Source: Octopus vulgaris (lineage: Eukaryota). Taken from it: 64,000 nucleotides of DNA. The stretch's first letter is position 1; the number at the start of each line of letters is the position of its first letter. The notes below the pieces were generated by a model. The model worked only from the letters and a program-made list of their open reading frames with translations, searched no databases and was not told where the DNA came from. Shown here piece by piece: positions 1 through 14,176 of the stretch. Location of the stretch: positions 174,158,001 through 174,222,000 of the forward strand of contig OX597816.1 in assembly GCA_951406725.2 (NCBI GenBank). The letters run 5' to 3'. The position numbers were made by a program, and so were the translations under genes.

Positions 1-489
1 CTCTCCCTCTCTTTCTCCTGTTCTCTCTCTCTCTCATTGCTCACATGTGACCATTCTCCATCTTTCTTTTCCTCATATGATCATCTTTCTTTTCTTTCAG
101 GACTGTCCTAAAGACTGGACATATCCTATCTCTCTCTTCTATCTTTTTTCTTGTCAAAGAAAATATTTCTCCAGTGTTCGCTATTTTACAACCCTCCATG
201 TTTGTTTCCATTCGGTTTCCTTGTATGTCTCCACTGTCCTGTTTTTGTTCCCAACTTTGATCCTCCCTAAATCCCAAATTACTTATGGGAGCAACTGTCT
301 TCGAAGACTCATATTGTCCTTCAATGCTCGAGATGAGGAGTAGATAGGCCACTGACAACTGATGAAGGGTTGTTCTTTATGTTACTTGTCCTATTTTCCA
401 TTTGTTTCTCTTGTCGTTTGCGTATTGAACTCGTTTGTTCTCGTATTTCATGCTGCTGACTGTTGGTTACATCCTGTACCCATATATGC

Positions 490-490
<1 letters not shown>
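1..490 (+). repeat. Unclassified repeat, probably a PLE pLTR-like fragment, ending at (TA)n
   Basis: Shares GGGAGCAACTG, ACAACTGAYGAAGGGTYGTTCTTTATG and CCTGTACCCATA with an inverted copy at ~690-960. Confidence 0.4.
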
Positions 491-545
<55 letters not shown>

Positions 546-689
546 ATGTATATATAGATACAACTTAGTTGGAAGAGGATGCGTGGCATTCAATCATATA
601 ATAATATAAATAATATATATATATATATATGCATGTATACATACGTATATGTACATACTTACATCTATAGATATATATATATATATATA

Positions 690-960
690 TCTATGGGTAC
701 AGGTCATCCTGAAATGTATACAACAAAAATTACAAAGCATGAATACATGGAACATGAACTATTTTTTCAAACAACGAAAGACACAAATGGAAAACAAAAA
801 AAAAAACATAAAGAACGACCCTTCGTCAGTTGTTGGCTGCTTTTCTAGTCTCATATTTTGAGCATTTAACAATATATGCTTTCGATAAAACAGTTGCTCC
901 CACGAAGTAAATTGAATAAAATTTGGGATTTTGCAGAGGGTCAAAATAGGTAACACAAAC
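690..960 (-). repeat. Diverged inverted copy of the 1-490 repeat
   Basis: Same three motifs on the minus strand; ends at a TA tract. Confidence 0.4.
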
Positions 961-1414
961 AGGAACGATTGCTAAACCTAAATGAGGTTGTGGCGGCAAA
1001 CACATAAATCAAGTCAGGACAGGAGACAAACAAGAACAAATCTTCCTTGTTCCATCTACGGAGAGAAAGAAAGATGGCCAACGGTTACGTGGGAGCCATG
1101 TGGGCAAGGTAGGAGTGAGGGAGAGAGAGTGACACTCTCTCTTGGACGGTGTTAAGTTGTGGAGATGTTTGATGATTGTATGTGGTGGTTACTTTTGACT
1201 GTTTCTTCTCAATAAGGATAACTGATTGATAATGAATCTGACTTCAAGTGGAATCAGATATCATACTTAACCTTAAACTTTCTGCACTCAAGCATACCTC
1301 ACGTTGACACCTATACACCTGACTGAACAGTTTTAACTCCAGAGTGAATATTGCAAGTGATATTTAAACAATTAACAGTTCTTTGGCCTTTGTATTTGAC
1401 GACTGTTGCTTTAA

Positions 1415-1636
1415 CCCTTTCGTTACTAACCCGGCTGAAACCGGCTGTGGCTCTGCAGTACAAATGTCTTGTTTTCATAAGTTTTGAATTAAAATCTTCC
1501 ACCAAACCTTAGTCCCAATTTATGTTCCCAACACTAGCTTAATGGTAACTAAGTTATTTTACTAAATTCTCTGTTATATTTAAAAATAATTGAAAGAAAC
1601 ACAGAACATCTCAAAATAAATGCAGTAACAAAAGGG
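1415..1636. mobile_element. piggyBac-type MITE
   Basis: TTAA TSDs (1411-1414, 1637-1640); TIRs CCCTTTCGTTACT...AGTAACAAAAGGG. Confidence 0.85.
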
Positions 1637-1699
1637 TTAAGTATTTTATTTCGATTTTCACTGATGTAATGTTAAGAACAACAGGATACGCAACAGTAG

Positions 1700-1903
1700 T
1701 TTCAAATATAGATAAAAATGGAAGTTTTAATCATCCAATGGACATTACAAAAATAGCAATTCCCACTTTGAAACTGAAAATCTTTTTAGATTATGGAACA
1801 CCCCACTCTCATGTATCCAAGTTCAAAATTTCAGTGCGATTGGATGAACAATACGAGTTATAAGCGCACACACAGGCAGACAGAATGGGATTTATATATT
1901 AGA
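1700..1903 (-). mobile_element. Helitron-like 5' fragment
   Basis: Minus strand starts A|TCTAATATATAAA followed by CTGTCTG..GTGTGTG, the same layout as the other Helitron 5' ends here. 3' end not found. Confidence 0.4.
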
Positions 1904-1911
1904 TATACATA

Positions 1912-2308
1912 GGCATAGGAGTGGCTATGTGGTAAGTAGCTTGCTTATGAACCACATGGTTCCAGGTTGAGTCCCACTGTGTGGTACCTTGAGCAAGTGT
2001 CTATAGCCTCGGGTCAACCAAAGCCTTGTGAGTGGATTTGGTAGATGGAAACTGAAAGAAACCCATCGTATATATGTATATATATGTATATGTATGTGTA
2101 TATGCGTGTATGTTTGTCCCCCTAAAATCGCTTGACAACTGATGCTGGTGTGTTTATGTCCCCGTATCTTAGCAGTTTGGCAAAAGAGAACGATAGAATA
2201 AGTACTAGGCTTACAAAGAATAAGTCTTGGGGTCGATTTCCTCGACTAAAGGCGGTGCTCCAGCATGGCCACAGTCAAATGAAAAACAAGTAAAAGAGAG
2301 TAAAGAGT
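1912..2308 (+). mobile_element. tRNA-derived CORE-type SINE (octopus OR-like family)
   Basis: A-box/B-box-like head (GTGGCTATGTGG ... GGTTGAGTCCC), CORE-like ACCTTGAGCAAGT, central microsatellite, CR1-like tail GGCGGTGCTCCAGCATGGCC. Confidence 0.85.
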
Positions 2309-2980
2309 ATATATATATATATATATATATAAATTTTTTCTTTCCCTTTTCTTCCTTTCATTCTTTTTCTTTAACACTTCCTTCAGATACAAACACACAC
2401 ATATGCTCTCTCTCTCTCACTTTCTCCACTTTCATCACCCTCTTGTACTATCTTATTTCTCTCCCCACCACTACATACTCAATAGCACTATAAAAACAGT
2501 CAAATTATCCACAAGAACTCAGTTCAATTTGAAAACTCCACTAGAATGGACGAAACCGCTAATATATGATATATGATATATAAGTTGTATGATGTATAAA
2601 AACATGTAATATACAAAAAATATCTATAAATATAAAACCATCCGAATTTCTGGGTACCTCATTTCTTCTAATATAAAATACCTGTACATCATCTCCAAAC
2701 CATCTAATATATATATAGATGCATGCATGCATACATACATACATACAGACAGACATACATACAGACATACATACATACATACATATTGTGCATAAACTCC
2801 ATACTTGGAATGACCAATTTTAAATACTGTTAGAATTTTTCATTTATACCATTCTGCCTAAAAAATGGATCTAGAAATTCAATATCCCTACATATCTCAC
2901 ATATATTTTCTTTCCTCCACCTTACTCTCTATTTTGTATCCTATCTAAATTAACTATTACTTAACCATCTTCTCACACTA

Positions 2981-3030
2981 TCTCCGATGAAGGAATATAA
3001 TTAACAAATATCCTGGAAACAGCTGTAAGA
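2981..3030 (+). ncRNA. Minimal type I hammerhead ribozyme, core mutated (CCGAUGA)
   Basis: tct-CCGATGA-AGGAATAT..ATATCCT-g-GAAAC-AGCT-GTA-aga, with palindromic stem III. Confidence 0.65.
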
Positions 3031-3196
3031 CCTTCTATCTATAAATGTAGATATTAAAATATCTACACAGCCTTGGTTTTTTTATTTCATTACTCAAAAA
3101 TTCTTATATATGTAGACACACACACACACACATATACATCCATATATATATACATACATATATATATACACATATTTTTATATATATACACACATA

Positions 3197-3248
<52 letters not shown>

Positions 3249-3352
3249 CATATATATATACACATATATATATGTATATACATATATATAGATCGCCAGC
3301 TTCTGCACGCATATTTTTTTCTCTCCTTCTTTCTGTGTTTTTTCTCTGTGTA

Positions 3353-3390
3353 TCTTTCTGTTGAAGAGCGTAGGCTCAAAACGTTAAAGA
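3353..3390 (+). ncRNA. Degenerate minimal hammerhead-like motif in a pLTR fragment (~3291-3520)
   Basis: tcttt-CTGTTGA-aGAGC-gtag-GCTC-AAAAC-GT-TA-aaga; both conserved boxes deviate from consensus. Confidence 0.45.
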
Positions 3391-3608
3391 CTTGTTTTAT
3401 TTATATTTTCTGAGCACCATACTAATACAATTGTTTGTTTGTATTCCACCTGCCTTCGTCTTTTGTTTATTTCCGTAAACCTGCCTTCGTCTTTTGTCAA
3501 TTTTCATAAAGCTTCCCGTTATATATGTATATACATATATATATGTGTATGTATATACATATATATATGTGTATATATATATGTATATACATATATATAT
3601 ATATATAT

Positions 3609-4108
3609 GTTCATTTTCAGGGAGTCCTTGTAGCGTTTCTTCTGGCCTCCTTTTGTATGCTTGCCGTCTTTGAGTTGGGAGTAGAAGATCTGTTTGGGAA
3701 GTTATTCGTCAGTCATTCTAACCACGTGGCCGCTCCATCTTAGTTGGCCTTTGATGACATAGGCTTCGATGCTGGTCATTTTTGCTTCTTGTATATATAT
3801 ACACATCATCATCATCATCATCATCATCGTTTAACGTCCGCTTTCCATGCCGTCCAACCCATGCTAGCATGGAAAGCGGACGTTAAACGATGATGATGAT
3901 GATGATGATGATGTGTATATATATACAAGAAGCAAAAATGACCAGCATCGAAGCCTATGTCATCAAAGGCCAACTAAGATGGAGCGGCCACGTGGTTAGA
4001 ATGACTGACGAATAACTTCCCAAACAGATCTTCTACTCCCAACTCAAAGACGGCAAGCATACAAGAGGAGGCCAGAAGAAACGCTACAAGGACTCCCTGA
4101 AAATGAAC
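3609..4108. repeat. Long palindrome: 242-bp arms, 16-nt spacer
   Basis: 3609-3850 is the reverse complement of 3867-4108; I saw one mismatch. Confidence 0.95.
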
Positions 4109-4413
4109 CTCAAAAAGTGTGACATCGACTTCACTAACTGGGAGGAAACGGCAAAAAACAGACCACTCTGGAAAACCACCATCCATGAGGGAACGGCGAC
4201 TTTCGAGTCGAAAAGGTTGACAGAGCTGGAGGAGAAATAACGACAACGGAAGGAGCGCCAACAACAACCACGTGCGACTCTCCCTTCCAGCACTAGATGT
4301 CCGCACTGCGACCGATCTTTTCAAGCAAGAATTGGTCTTATTGGTCACCTACAGACTCACCAGTAAATTTGCGCGAAGACCATCATCCTCGACCTTGAGG
4401 GATTGCCATCATC
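3925..4413 (+). mobile_element. RTE (BovB-like) LINE 3' fragment
   Basis: Translates to [55 protein letters not shown] (C2H2) with stops; (CAT)n tail. Confidence 0.85.
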
Positions 4414-5502
<1,089 letters not shown>

Positions 5503-5748
5503 AAATAAATATAAAAAATTAGAAAAAACCACCTTTTATCAATTCAAAATGAATAATTAAATTACACCATCTAGAAAATTACATATACTAGAAAAGTTAA
5601 AATTAAAATAACAATGCAAATATTAAGTAAATTGCAAAAATAATAAAACCGTATATAATATGTAGAAAAACGACACGTGTTTCGCAACTATATTTAAGAA
5701 ATGATTATAGTAGTAGAGAAATGACTTCAATATAAATATAGTCCTCAC
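5503..5748 (-). mobile_element. PLE pLTR fragment with 5'-truncated hammerhead
   Basis: Minus strand: ..TGAGG-ACTATATTTA[loop]TAAATATAGT-TGC-GAAAC-ACGT-GTC. The 3' end resembles the 61.3-kb pLTR end and abuts (TA)n. Confidence 0.6.
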
Positions 5749-7817
5749 AGTCACCTACTGTTCTGGCAGACACACTAGTCAAATTGACTACATCCTCACC
5801 AGAAAAAAGGAAAGATGGCTGCTTATAAATGCCAAAACTTTCCCGGGCGAAGAATGTACCCCACAACATAGACTGTTAATTAGTGACTTCAGGATCAGGG
5901 CTAAAAGGATGCCCGGAAGATGACCAGCATGGAGAAGGGTCTGGAAGCTTAAAGATCCTACAAATGGACAGAGATTTAGAGACATATTACTCAGAGCCTT
6001 TGACAAAATACGAGGGGATATAGCTTCACACAATGTAGAAGACAACTGGAGATTTCTATGGGACAACCTGCTGAGGGCCACTGACCAGATCTGTGGATGG
6101 TGCAAAGTCCCCTCTCAACCTAAACTAACGTGGTGGTGAAACAAAGTTGTTGACAGGGCTATTAGAGAAAAGAAACAGGCTTGGAAGGACTGGAAGAATG
6201 GTAGTACCAGGGAATTGTATCAGACTGCCAGAAGGAAAGCTAGGAGGCAGATAAGAAAAAATTTGCCAATGTTCTGCGCCGTGAGGACCAAAGACTTGAG
6301 GTATTTCGTGTTGCAAGACTGTGTGAGAGAGAATCGTGATGTTGTAGGAGAGAAATGCATTCGCAAGGATGATGGTTCACTTGCACTAAACAAGGCTGTA
6401 AAGAGAGAGGTTTGGAAACGCCACAATGAAAAGTTGCTGAATAAAGAAATTGAATGGGAGAGAGTCTGCCAAATCTCGACCCAACAGAGGGACCAGCTAT
6501 CCGAGTTGACAGTTCCTTGGTAGATAAGGCAATTAGAAGTATGAAGACAGGGAAAGCCCCAGGCCCATCAGGAATCACTGCAGAGATGCTCAAAATATCT
6601 GGCAGTGTTGGCTATAGCCTAGTCACCAGTATAAATAACCAGGTGATACATGAAGGAGTCATTCCCAATGACTGGTGTAGCAGCATAATAGTCAACTGCT
6701 ACAAAGGAAAAGGTGATGCTTTAGATACAAATAATTACAGAGGCATCAAGATGTTAGATAATGAAGGTAATGAAGGTTACAAAGAGGGTCATAGCCCAAC
6801 TGATTAGGGAGAGAGTCAGTTTGGATGAGATGCAGGTTGGGTTTGTGCCAGGGAAAAGCACCACTGATGCCATATTTCTGGTGAGACAGCTGCAGGAGAA
6901 ATACCTAGCCAAAGACAAACCTCTGTACCTGGCTTTTGTTGACATGGAGAAAGCCTTTGACAGGTTCCCCCGATCCCTTGTCTGGTGGTCAATGAGGAAA
7001 CTAGGGATAGATGAATGATTAGTGAGAGCTGTGCAAGCCATGTACAGGGACGCTGTCAGTAAGGTGAAGGTTGGCAACAAGTACAGTGAAGAAGTCCAGG
7101 TGGAGGTAGGGGTCCACCAAGATTCAGTCCTTAGCCCTCTCCTATTTATCATAGTCCTCCAAGCAATAACAGAGGAATTCAAGACAGGATGCCCCTGGGA
7201 ACTCCTCCATGTTGACAACCTTGATCTAATTGCTGAGTCATTATCAGAACTTGAGGAGAAGTTTTAGGTGGGGAAACAAGGATTAGAATCAAAGGGCCTT
7301 AGAGTCAACCAAGCTAAAACCAAAGTCCTAATAAGTAGGAAGGCAGGCAAACCAGAAATTCCTTCAGGTAGATGGCCCTGCCCAATCTGTAGTAGAGGTG
7401 TAGGTAGAAACTCTATAAGATTTACCCAGTGTAAGCTATGGACACATAAGAGGTACAGCAATATCAAAGGAAGGTTAACTAGGAAGATAGTTTTTGTATG
7501 TGGCAGATGCTTGGGTGCAATAAACACTGAAAATGTGCAGAGAACAACTTCTGCCACATTCCAGGGAGAAAAACTACAAGCGGTTGATAGCTTCTGTTAC
7601 CTAGATGACCTAGTCAGTAGAGGGGGAGGGTGCGCTGAAAGTGTAGGTAAGAGAGCTCTTACCTCTGCTGGTGACAAAGGGCCTCTCGCTCAGAGTAATA
7701 GGTAGACTATAAGACACATGTGTACAAACAGCCATGCTACACGGCAGTGAAACATAGGCCATGGCTGCATAGGACATGTGTAAGCTTGCAAGGAATAAAG
7801 CCAGTATGCTCCGATGG
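5749..7817 (+). mobile_element. RTE LINE, truncated and degenerate (endonuclease end to RT C-terminus)
   Basis: ORF pieces KAPGPSGI, NYRGIK, GFVPGKSTTDAIF, FVDMEKAFDR, GVHQ.SVLSPLLF, plus a Cys-rich insert. Confidence 0.92.
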
Positions 7818-8400
7818 CCTTCGTCATACCATCATCAAAAACGATTTTTAAGCCCATTCTACTGAAAAAATTAACTAAACTATTCTTAACTTTTTGTACC
7901 TTTTGGTTGGAAATATTTTGGAGGTAAAGTAAACAATCATCACAATATAGACCTCCATAAATGTTAGGGAATTCTTCTGCCATTTCAAAAAGAATATATA
8001 TACAGACCAAATCAGTGCTGAATCAGAACTTCCCATTGGTATATCAAAACTATCTGGTGTGTCTTTACGGACCCAAACTTATTATCAAATTTCATAATGG
8101 ATTTTCTGGCTGTCAACACAACATTAATTTCTTCTCGGGTGAGACCAGCTTTGTTATGAGCAAGCCAAAGTGCCTTATTAAGTACTATTGGTTTAATAGA
8201 CAAATAAAAATTGGAAATATCAAACTGGATAAACTCACCTTATTGGTAATAGAACTAAACCAGCCAACTACTTCAAACGAATTAGTCCATAAACTAAGTT
8301 TTAATGTTTTAATTAAATTAGGAATATATTTATCTAGTATATTTTTACAAAGGATACCGATGTCAGAGCTAGAAGGGCAGATAAGCCTTAATGATGGGTT
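7818..8400 (-). mobile_element. Penelope-like element RT fragment
   Basis: RLICPSSSDIG..WF..; ARKSI; FDIPMGSSDSA; GGLYCDDCL (PLE RT motifs). Confidence 0.85.
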
Positions 8401-8510
8401 AATATATATATCATATATGATATATATATTATGTATATATATATTATATATGTTATATATTATGTATATATATATTATATATGATATATATTATATATAT
8501 ATATATATAT

Positions 8511-8606
8511 ACCAGAGTAAACAAATGTGAAACAAGGTGGAAAAAAGAGTACTCAAATACCAGTGGTAGAGTAATATGCTTTATTTAAAGCAGCAGAAAA
8601 TTCAAT
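8511..8606 (-). mobile_element. PLE pLTR 3' end fragment
   Basis: Near-identical reverse complement of part of 14748-14868; abuts (TA)n. Confidence 0.6.
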
Positions 8607-8608
8607 AT

Positions 8609-10503
8609 ATAAATCCTTAAATCCTTAAAAATGTTTTAGCCCAAAGGCCATGGTCATGCTGGGGCACCACCGCTGAATGAGTTACACTAATATGTGAATC
8701 CACCTCTGATACGTGGCACTTGGTCAACAAGGGAGTTCGATGCCGCTGCCCACATCTGTGTCTCCTGTAGTGAGGTAGGTTCATCTGGGACCCCCGATAA
8801 GAAGAGATCTAGTTTAGTTTTAAAGAAACACCACATCCACACCATGCAAGTCTCTCAGGCATTTAGGGAGGATGTTAAAGAGCTGTGGTCCTCTGAAACC
8901 CAAGCTGTTGCAGTATCTGGTCCTGTATTTTGATGGTGATGTTGGAATCTTTGGCACCATGCAGTGGCGCCTCGTTCTGCGGTTGGGGTAACTTTGAATG
9001 CCAAAGTTTGAGACAAGACCCTCCAGAATTTTCCAGATGTATATCACCGCATATCTCTCCTGCTTTCGCTCTAGGGAGAAGAGGTTTAATACTTTCAGTC
9101 TTTCTCAGTAGCTGACATGTTGGATTGAGACGATCTTCTTTGTGTAGCTTCTTTGAATTGCTTCGAGTTCTGCTGTTAGTTTTATATTGTGTGGTGACCA
9201 TGGTTGGGAGCAGTAGTCCAAGCGGCTGAGGACAAAAGTTTTCCACAGGACCATCAGTGTCTCCTTCTCTCTTGTTCTGAAAGTTCGGAGAATCCATCCA
9301 GCTAGCCGTCTGCATTTTATCACCAGATTAGTAATATGCTCTTGGAAAGATGCATCATTGCTCATGTCAATGCCCAGGTCACGCACTGATTTTGACTCAG
9401 GGATTGCAATTCTTTCCGGGCCAGTGTATCCAGACTGCATGTCGTTTACCTTTGTGTGCCGGTAGTGCAGGGCCTGGAACTTACCTGCATTAAACTGCAT
9501 GTTGTTGTCCTCAGCCCACCTGTGTATTATATCCAACTCCTGTTGCAGATGTGCAATATTTCCAGGGTTTTGTATTGTGAGGGAGACTTTTGTGTCATCT
9601 GCATAGCTAGCAAGGGTGGCCATCTTAGCAACTGAGGGCATGTCTGAAAGGGCCACTATGAACAGCAGTGGCCCCAAGACAGTGCCCTGTGGAACACCGC
9701 TTGCTATTTGTGTTTCCTTGGAGGTGGCTCCATTGGTCACAACTGCCTGCCTTCTATCTTTTAGGAAGTTGTGCAGCCACTCTCCAAGTTTTCCGCCTAT
9801 GCCGAGACCACGCAGTTTGTGACAAATCATACTGTGGTCGATTTTATCAAAGGCTTTTGCAAAGTCGAGATATATCACATTCACATTTGAGCCAATATAA
9901 TAGCTGTTTTAATACCCAGTCATAGTGTTGCAGGAGCTGTGTTAGGCAGCTTCTACCTGGTCGAAATCCATGCTGGGTGTCAGTCAGCAAGTCATTTTCT
10001 TCAAGGAACATGATTAGTTTCTTGTGGACTATTTGTTCCGTGACTTTGCTGATGTGTGACGTCAGAGAGATAGGCCTATAATTTTTAGCATATGCTCTGC
10101 CTCCTCCCTTATGGATAGGGCATATTACCCCCACTTTCAATTTGACTGGGAGCTTACCACATGCAAGAAAGCTCTGAAAAAGAAGCTGTAGCGGTTTTGC
10201 AAGGGCTCGTTTGCACGATTTGAGAAGGATCGGTGGAAATCCATCAGGTCCAGCAGCTGAGTTTGTGTCAATCTCATCAATGGCTAGTGTGATATCATCT
10301 TCTTCAATTTTGATGTACTCAATTTTTGCCTCTTTGGCCGCAGGTAAAGTGGCAAAGAATTCTTCTGGGTTGTTTACTTGCCTGTGTCCTGGAGGTGTAG
10401 TGAATACACTTTGGAACTGTTCATTCAGTATTTCACTTATCCTCGTGGGATTTCCTGTGAGAGAGCCATCTTTTTGGAAGAGAGGTCCTATTCTCTGGTG
10501 CAC
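8609..10503 (-). mobile_element. CR1-group LINE, 5'-truncated
   Basis: [57 protein letters not shown]; 3' stem-loop and TTTAAGGA repeat tail. Confidence 0.93.
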
Positions 10504-10506
10504 TGA

Positions 10507-10838
<332 letters not shown>

Positions 10839-11075
10839 ATCATCATCATCATCGTTTAACGTCCGCTTTCCATGCTAGCATGGGTTGGACGGTTCAACTG
10901 GGGTCTGGGAAGCCCGAAGGCTGAACCAGGCCAGTTAAATCTGGCGTGTTTCTACAGCTGGATGCCCTTCCTAACGCCAACCACTCCATGAATGTAGTGG
11001 GCGCTTTTTATGTGCCACCGACACAGGTGCCAGACGAGGATGGCGAATGGCCACGCTCAAATGGTGCTTTTTACA
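10839..11075 (-). mobile_element. RTE 3'-UTR/tail fragment
   Basis: Matches the 3' end of the RTE at 15068; (GAT)n tail on the minus strand. Confidence 0.85.
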
Positions 11076-11189
11076 TTTATACTGCTTTTTTCTTCTTTCT
11101 TTCCATCTCCTTATTCTTTTACTCCCTTCTTCTACATAGTCATCTTATATATGTATATATTCTCATTTTCCATAATTTTTTCCGTCTTT

Positions 11190-11245
11190 ATCTCTGATGA
11201 TGGTATATCCCATACTCGGGGAGATCCTAGAAACAGCTGTAAGAT
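11190..11245 (+). ncRNA. Minimal type I hammerhead ribozyme in a pLTR fragment (~11076-11320)
   Basis: ATCT-CTGATGA-[imperfect stem II]-GAAAC-AGCT-GTA-AGAT; core intact, stem I ATCT/AGAT. Confidence 0.75.
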
Positions 11246-11320
11246 TTTGAATTTCTTAATAATATTGTATATGACTTGAGATGCTTGCCATGCCTTAATG
11301 TCTGCTGTCCTGTTTAACAA

Positions 11321-11579
11321 ATATATATATATATATAAATATAGTGTATATATATACATATGTAGTGTATATACATATAATATAGTGCATATAAATATAT
11401 ATATAGTGCATATACAAATATATATATAGCATATATACATGTACATATACTGTGTATATACATATATATAGTGTATATACATGTACATATACTGTGTATA
11501 TACATATATATAGTGTATATACATATACATATACTGTGTATATACATATATATAGTGTATATACATATATATAGTGTAT

Positions 11580-11635
<56 letters not shown>

Positions 11636-11636
11636 C

Positions 11637-11716
<80 letters not shown>

Positions 11717-11797
11717 TATATAGTTTATAAACATATATATATACAGTGTATATACATATATATAGTATATATACCAATATATATAAATATACATATA

Positions 11798-11836
<39 letters not shown>

Positions 11837-11841
11837 TATAT
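11321..11841. repeat. TA-rich tract with ~40-bp higher-order units
   Basis: Repeats of tatacatgtacatatactgtgtatatacatatatatagtg. Confidence 0.9.
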
Positions 11842-13048
11842 GACAAAGTGGATCATAGTATATGCCACAAACTGCGTGACCTTGGCAGAGCTGGAAAACT
11901 TGGAGAGTGGTTACATGACTTCCTCAAAGATAGGAGTCGGGCAGTAGTGGTTAATGGAGCCACCTCTATGAACACACAAATAGTGAGCAGTGTTCCACAG
12001 GGCAATGTCTTGGGACCACTGCTTTTTATAGTGGCCCTCTCAGATATGCCCTCAAATGCCCAGATAGCCACTCTGGCAAGCTATGCAGATGATACGAAAA
12101 TCTCGCAGAAAATACAGAACCCCAGCGATGTTGCACACCTGCAACAGGAGTTGGATTCAATTTACAGATGGGCTGAGGATAATATGCAGTTTAATACTGA
12201 AAAATTCTAAGCCCTGCACTACCAGCATCCAAAACTCAATATGAAACTTACAGGGTACACCAGTCCACAGGGAATTTCAATCCCAGAGCCTAAGTCAGTG
12301 AGGGACCTGGGTATTGACATAAGTGATGATACCTCTTTCCAAGTGCACATTACCAGGATGGCGACAAAGTGCAGACAACTGGCTGGATGGATCCTAAAAA
12401 CATTTAGAACCAGAGATAAGGAAACCATGATGGTCCTCTGGTAGACACTCGTCCTCCACTGCCTGGATTACTGCTCACAGCTATGGTCACCCACCAGTGT
12501 GAAATTAACAGCAGACCTTGAAGCAATCCAGAGAAGATTCACAAAGAAGATCATCTCTTTGCAACAGCTCAGCTACTGGGAAAGGTTGAAACAGCTAAGA
12601 CTCTACTCCCTGGAGAGAAGACGGGAGAGGTATGCAGTAATATATATCTGCAAGATCCTGGAAGGAATTGTGCCAAATTTTGGCATTGTAAGCTACACCA
12701 ATGCTAGAATGGGACGACACTGCATAGTGCCAAAGATCCCAGCAATGCCATCACGCTTCAGGACCAGTTACTGCAACAGCCTGGGTTTCAAGGGCCCACA
12801 ACTTTTTTATATTCTCCAAAAGAGTCTGAGGAACTTGCACAAAGTAGATGTAGAGGCTTTTAAATCAAAGCTGGACCTCTTCCTGTCAAGAGTCCCAGAT
12901 GAACCTACCTCACGGCAAGAGGTGCAAATGAGGGGAGCCATATCAAACTCCATTCTTCACCAAGTGCCACATATTAGAGGAGGCTCTTAGTAATAACACT
13001 GTAGCAAACCGGCAGTGCATCAGCATGGCCGCAGCTCTGAGATGAAAC
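11842..13048 (+). mobile_element. CR1-group LINE, 5'-truncated
   Basis: VPQGNVLGPLLF, YADDTK, VRDLGI, LSYWERLKQLRLYSLERRR; 3' tail CAGCATGGCCGCAG..GAAAC. Confidence 0.93.
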
Positions 13049-13112
13049 TAGAGAGGTAAAAAGAAATACATATATATATAGTGTATATACATATATATAG
13101 TGTATATACATA

Positions 13113-13279
13113 TGGCTGTGTGGTAAGTAGCTTGTTTACCAACCACATGGTTCCGGGTTCAGTCCCACTGCGTGGCAGCTTGGGCAAGTGTCTTCTACTA
13201 TAGCCTCGGGCTGACCAAAGCCTTGTGAGTGGATTTGGTAGACGGAAACTGAAAGAAGCCCGTCGTATATATGTATATG

Positions 13280-13318
<39 letters not shown>

Positions 13319-13534
13319 TATGTGTGTTTGTGTGTCTGTGATTGTCCCCCTAGCATTGCTTGACAAACAATGCTGGTGTGTTTATGTCCCCGTTACTTAG
13401 CGGTTCGGCAAAAGAGACCGATAGAATAAGTACTGGGCTTACAAAAGAATAAGTCCCGGGGTCGTGTCGCTCGATTAAAGGCGGTGCTCCAGCATGGCCG
13501 CAGTCAAATGACTGAAACAAGTAAAAGAATAAAA

Positions 13535-13538
<4 letters not shown>
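13113..13538 (+). mobile_element. tRNA/CORE SINE copy
   Basis: Same family as 1912-2308. Confidence 0.88.
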
Positions 13539-13596
<58 letters not shown>

Positions 13597-13785
13597 TATA
13601 TACATATATATATTTCTATGAGAGTAAGAGGTTGGGAAGCCAACCAACTAACAGATAGTACCTTCCCAATATACTGCTGGTAGCGTGCCCACTTATTAAT
13701 ACCAAAGTGCTGGTTATTGCACGGCAATTTCTCAATCGAGTGTCATATATGGGTGGGGGTAAAAAGTGGTTAAATCTTAATTTAT

Positions 13786-14152
13786 ATGGCAAAAAGAAAA
13801 TGGAAGGGATACAAAAATGACATACATCAGCCGGTAGACATTCTATTATGTCTGTTTATTCCAAAACAAAAGGGAGTATTATAAGAATACATCCACATGA
13901 AAAGACTGTGTGCTACACAAATACATACCAGTAATACATAAAAGAATAAGAGATTAAAAGATCTTTCAATCTTTTACTCTTTTATGTATTACTGGTATGT
14001 ATTTGTGTAGCACACAGTCTTTTCATGTGGATGTATTCTATAATACTCCCTTTTGTTTTGAATAAACAGACATAATAGAATGTCTATAGGCTGATATATG
14101 TAATATATATATGTATGTAATTTTTGTATACCCTCCATTTTCTTCTTGCCAT
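13786..14152. repeat. Imperfect fold-back, ~175-bp arms
   Basis: Arms are reverse-complementary around AAAGATCTTT at ~13960. Confidence 0.9.
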
Positions 14153-14176
14153 GCATATCTACATATTTATATATAT

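Noticed and set aside
355-420. CTGATGA hammerhead-like box, and CTGACGA at ~820 on the minus strand
   Set aside because: No properly placed GAAA box or stems could be built.
1912-1990. tRNA gene
   Set aside because: It is the tRNA-derived head of a multi-copy SINE; no complete cloverleaf.
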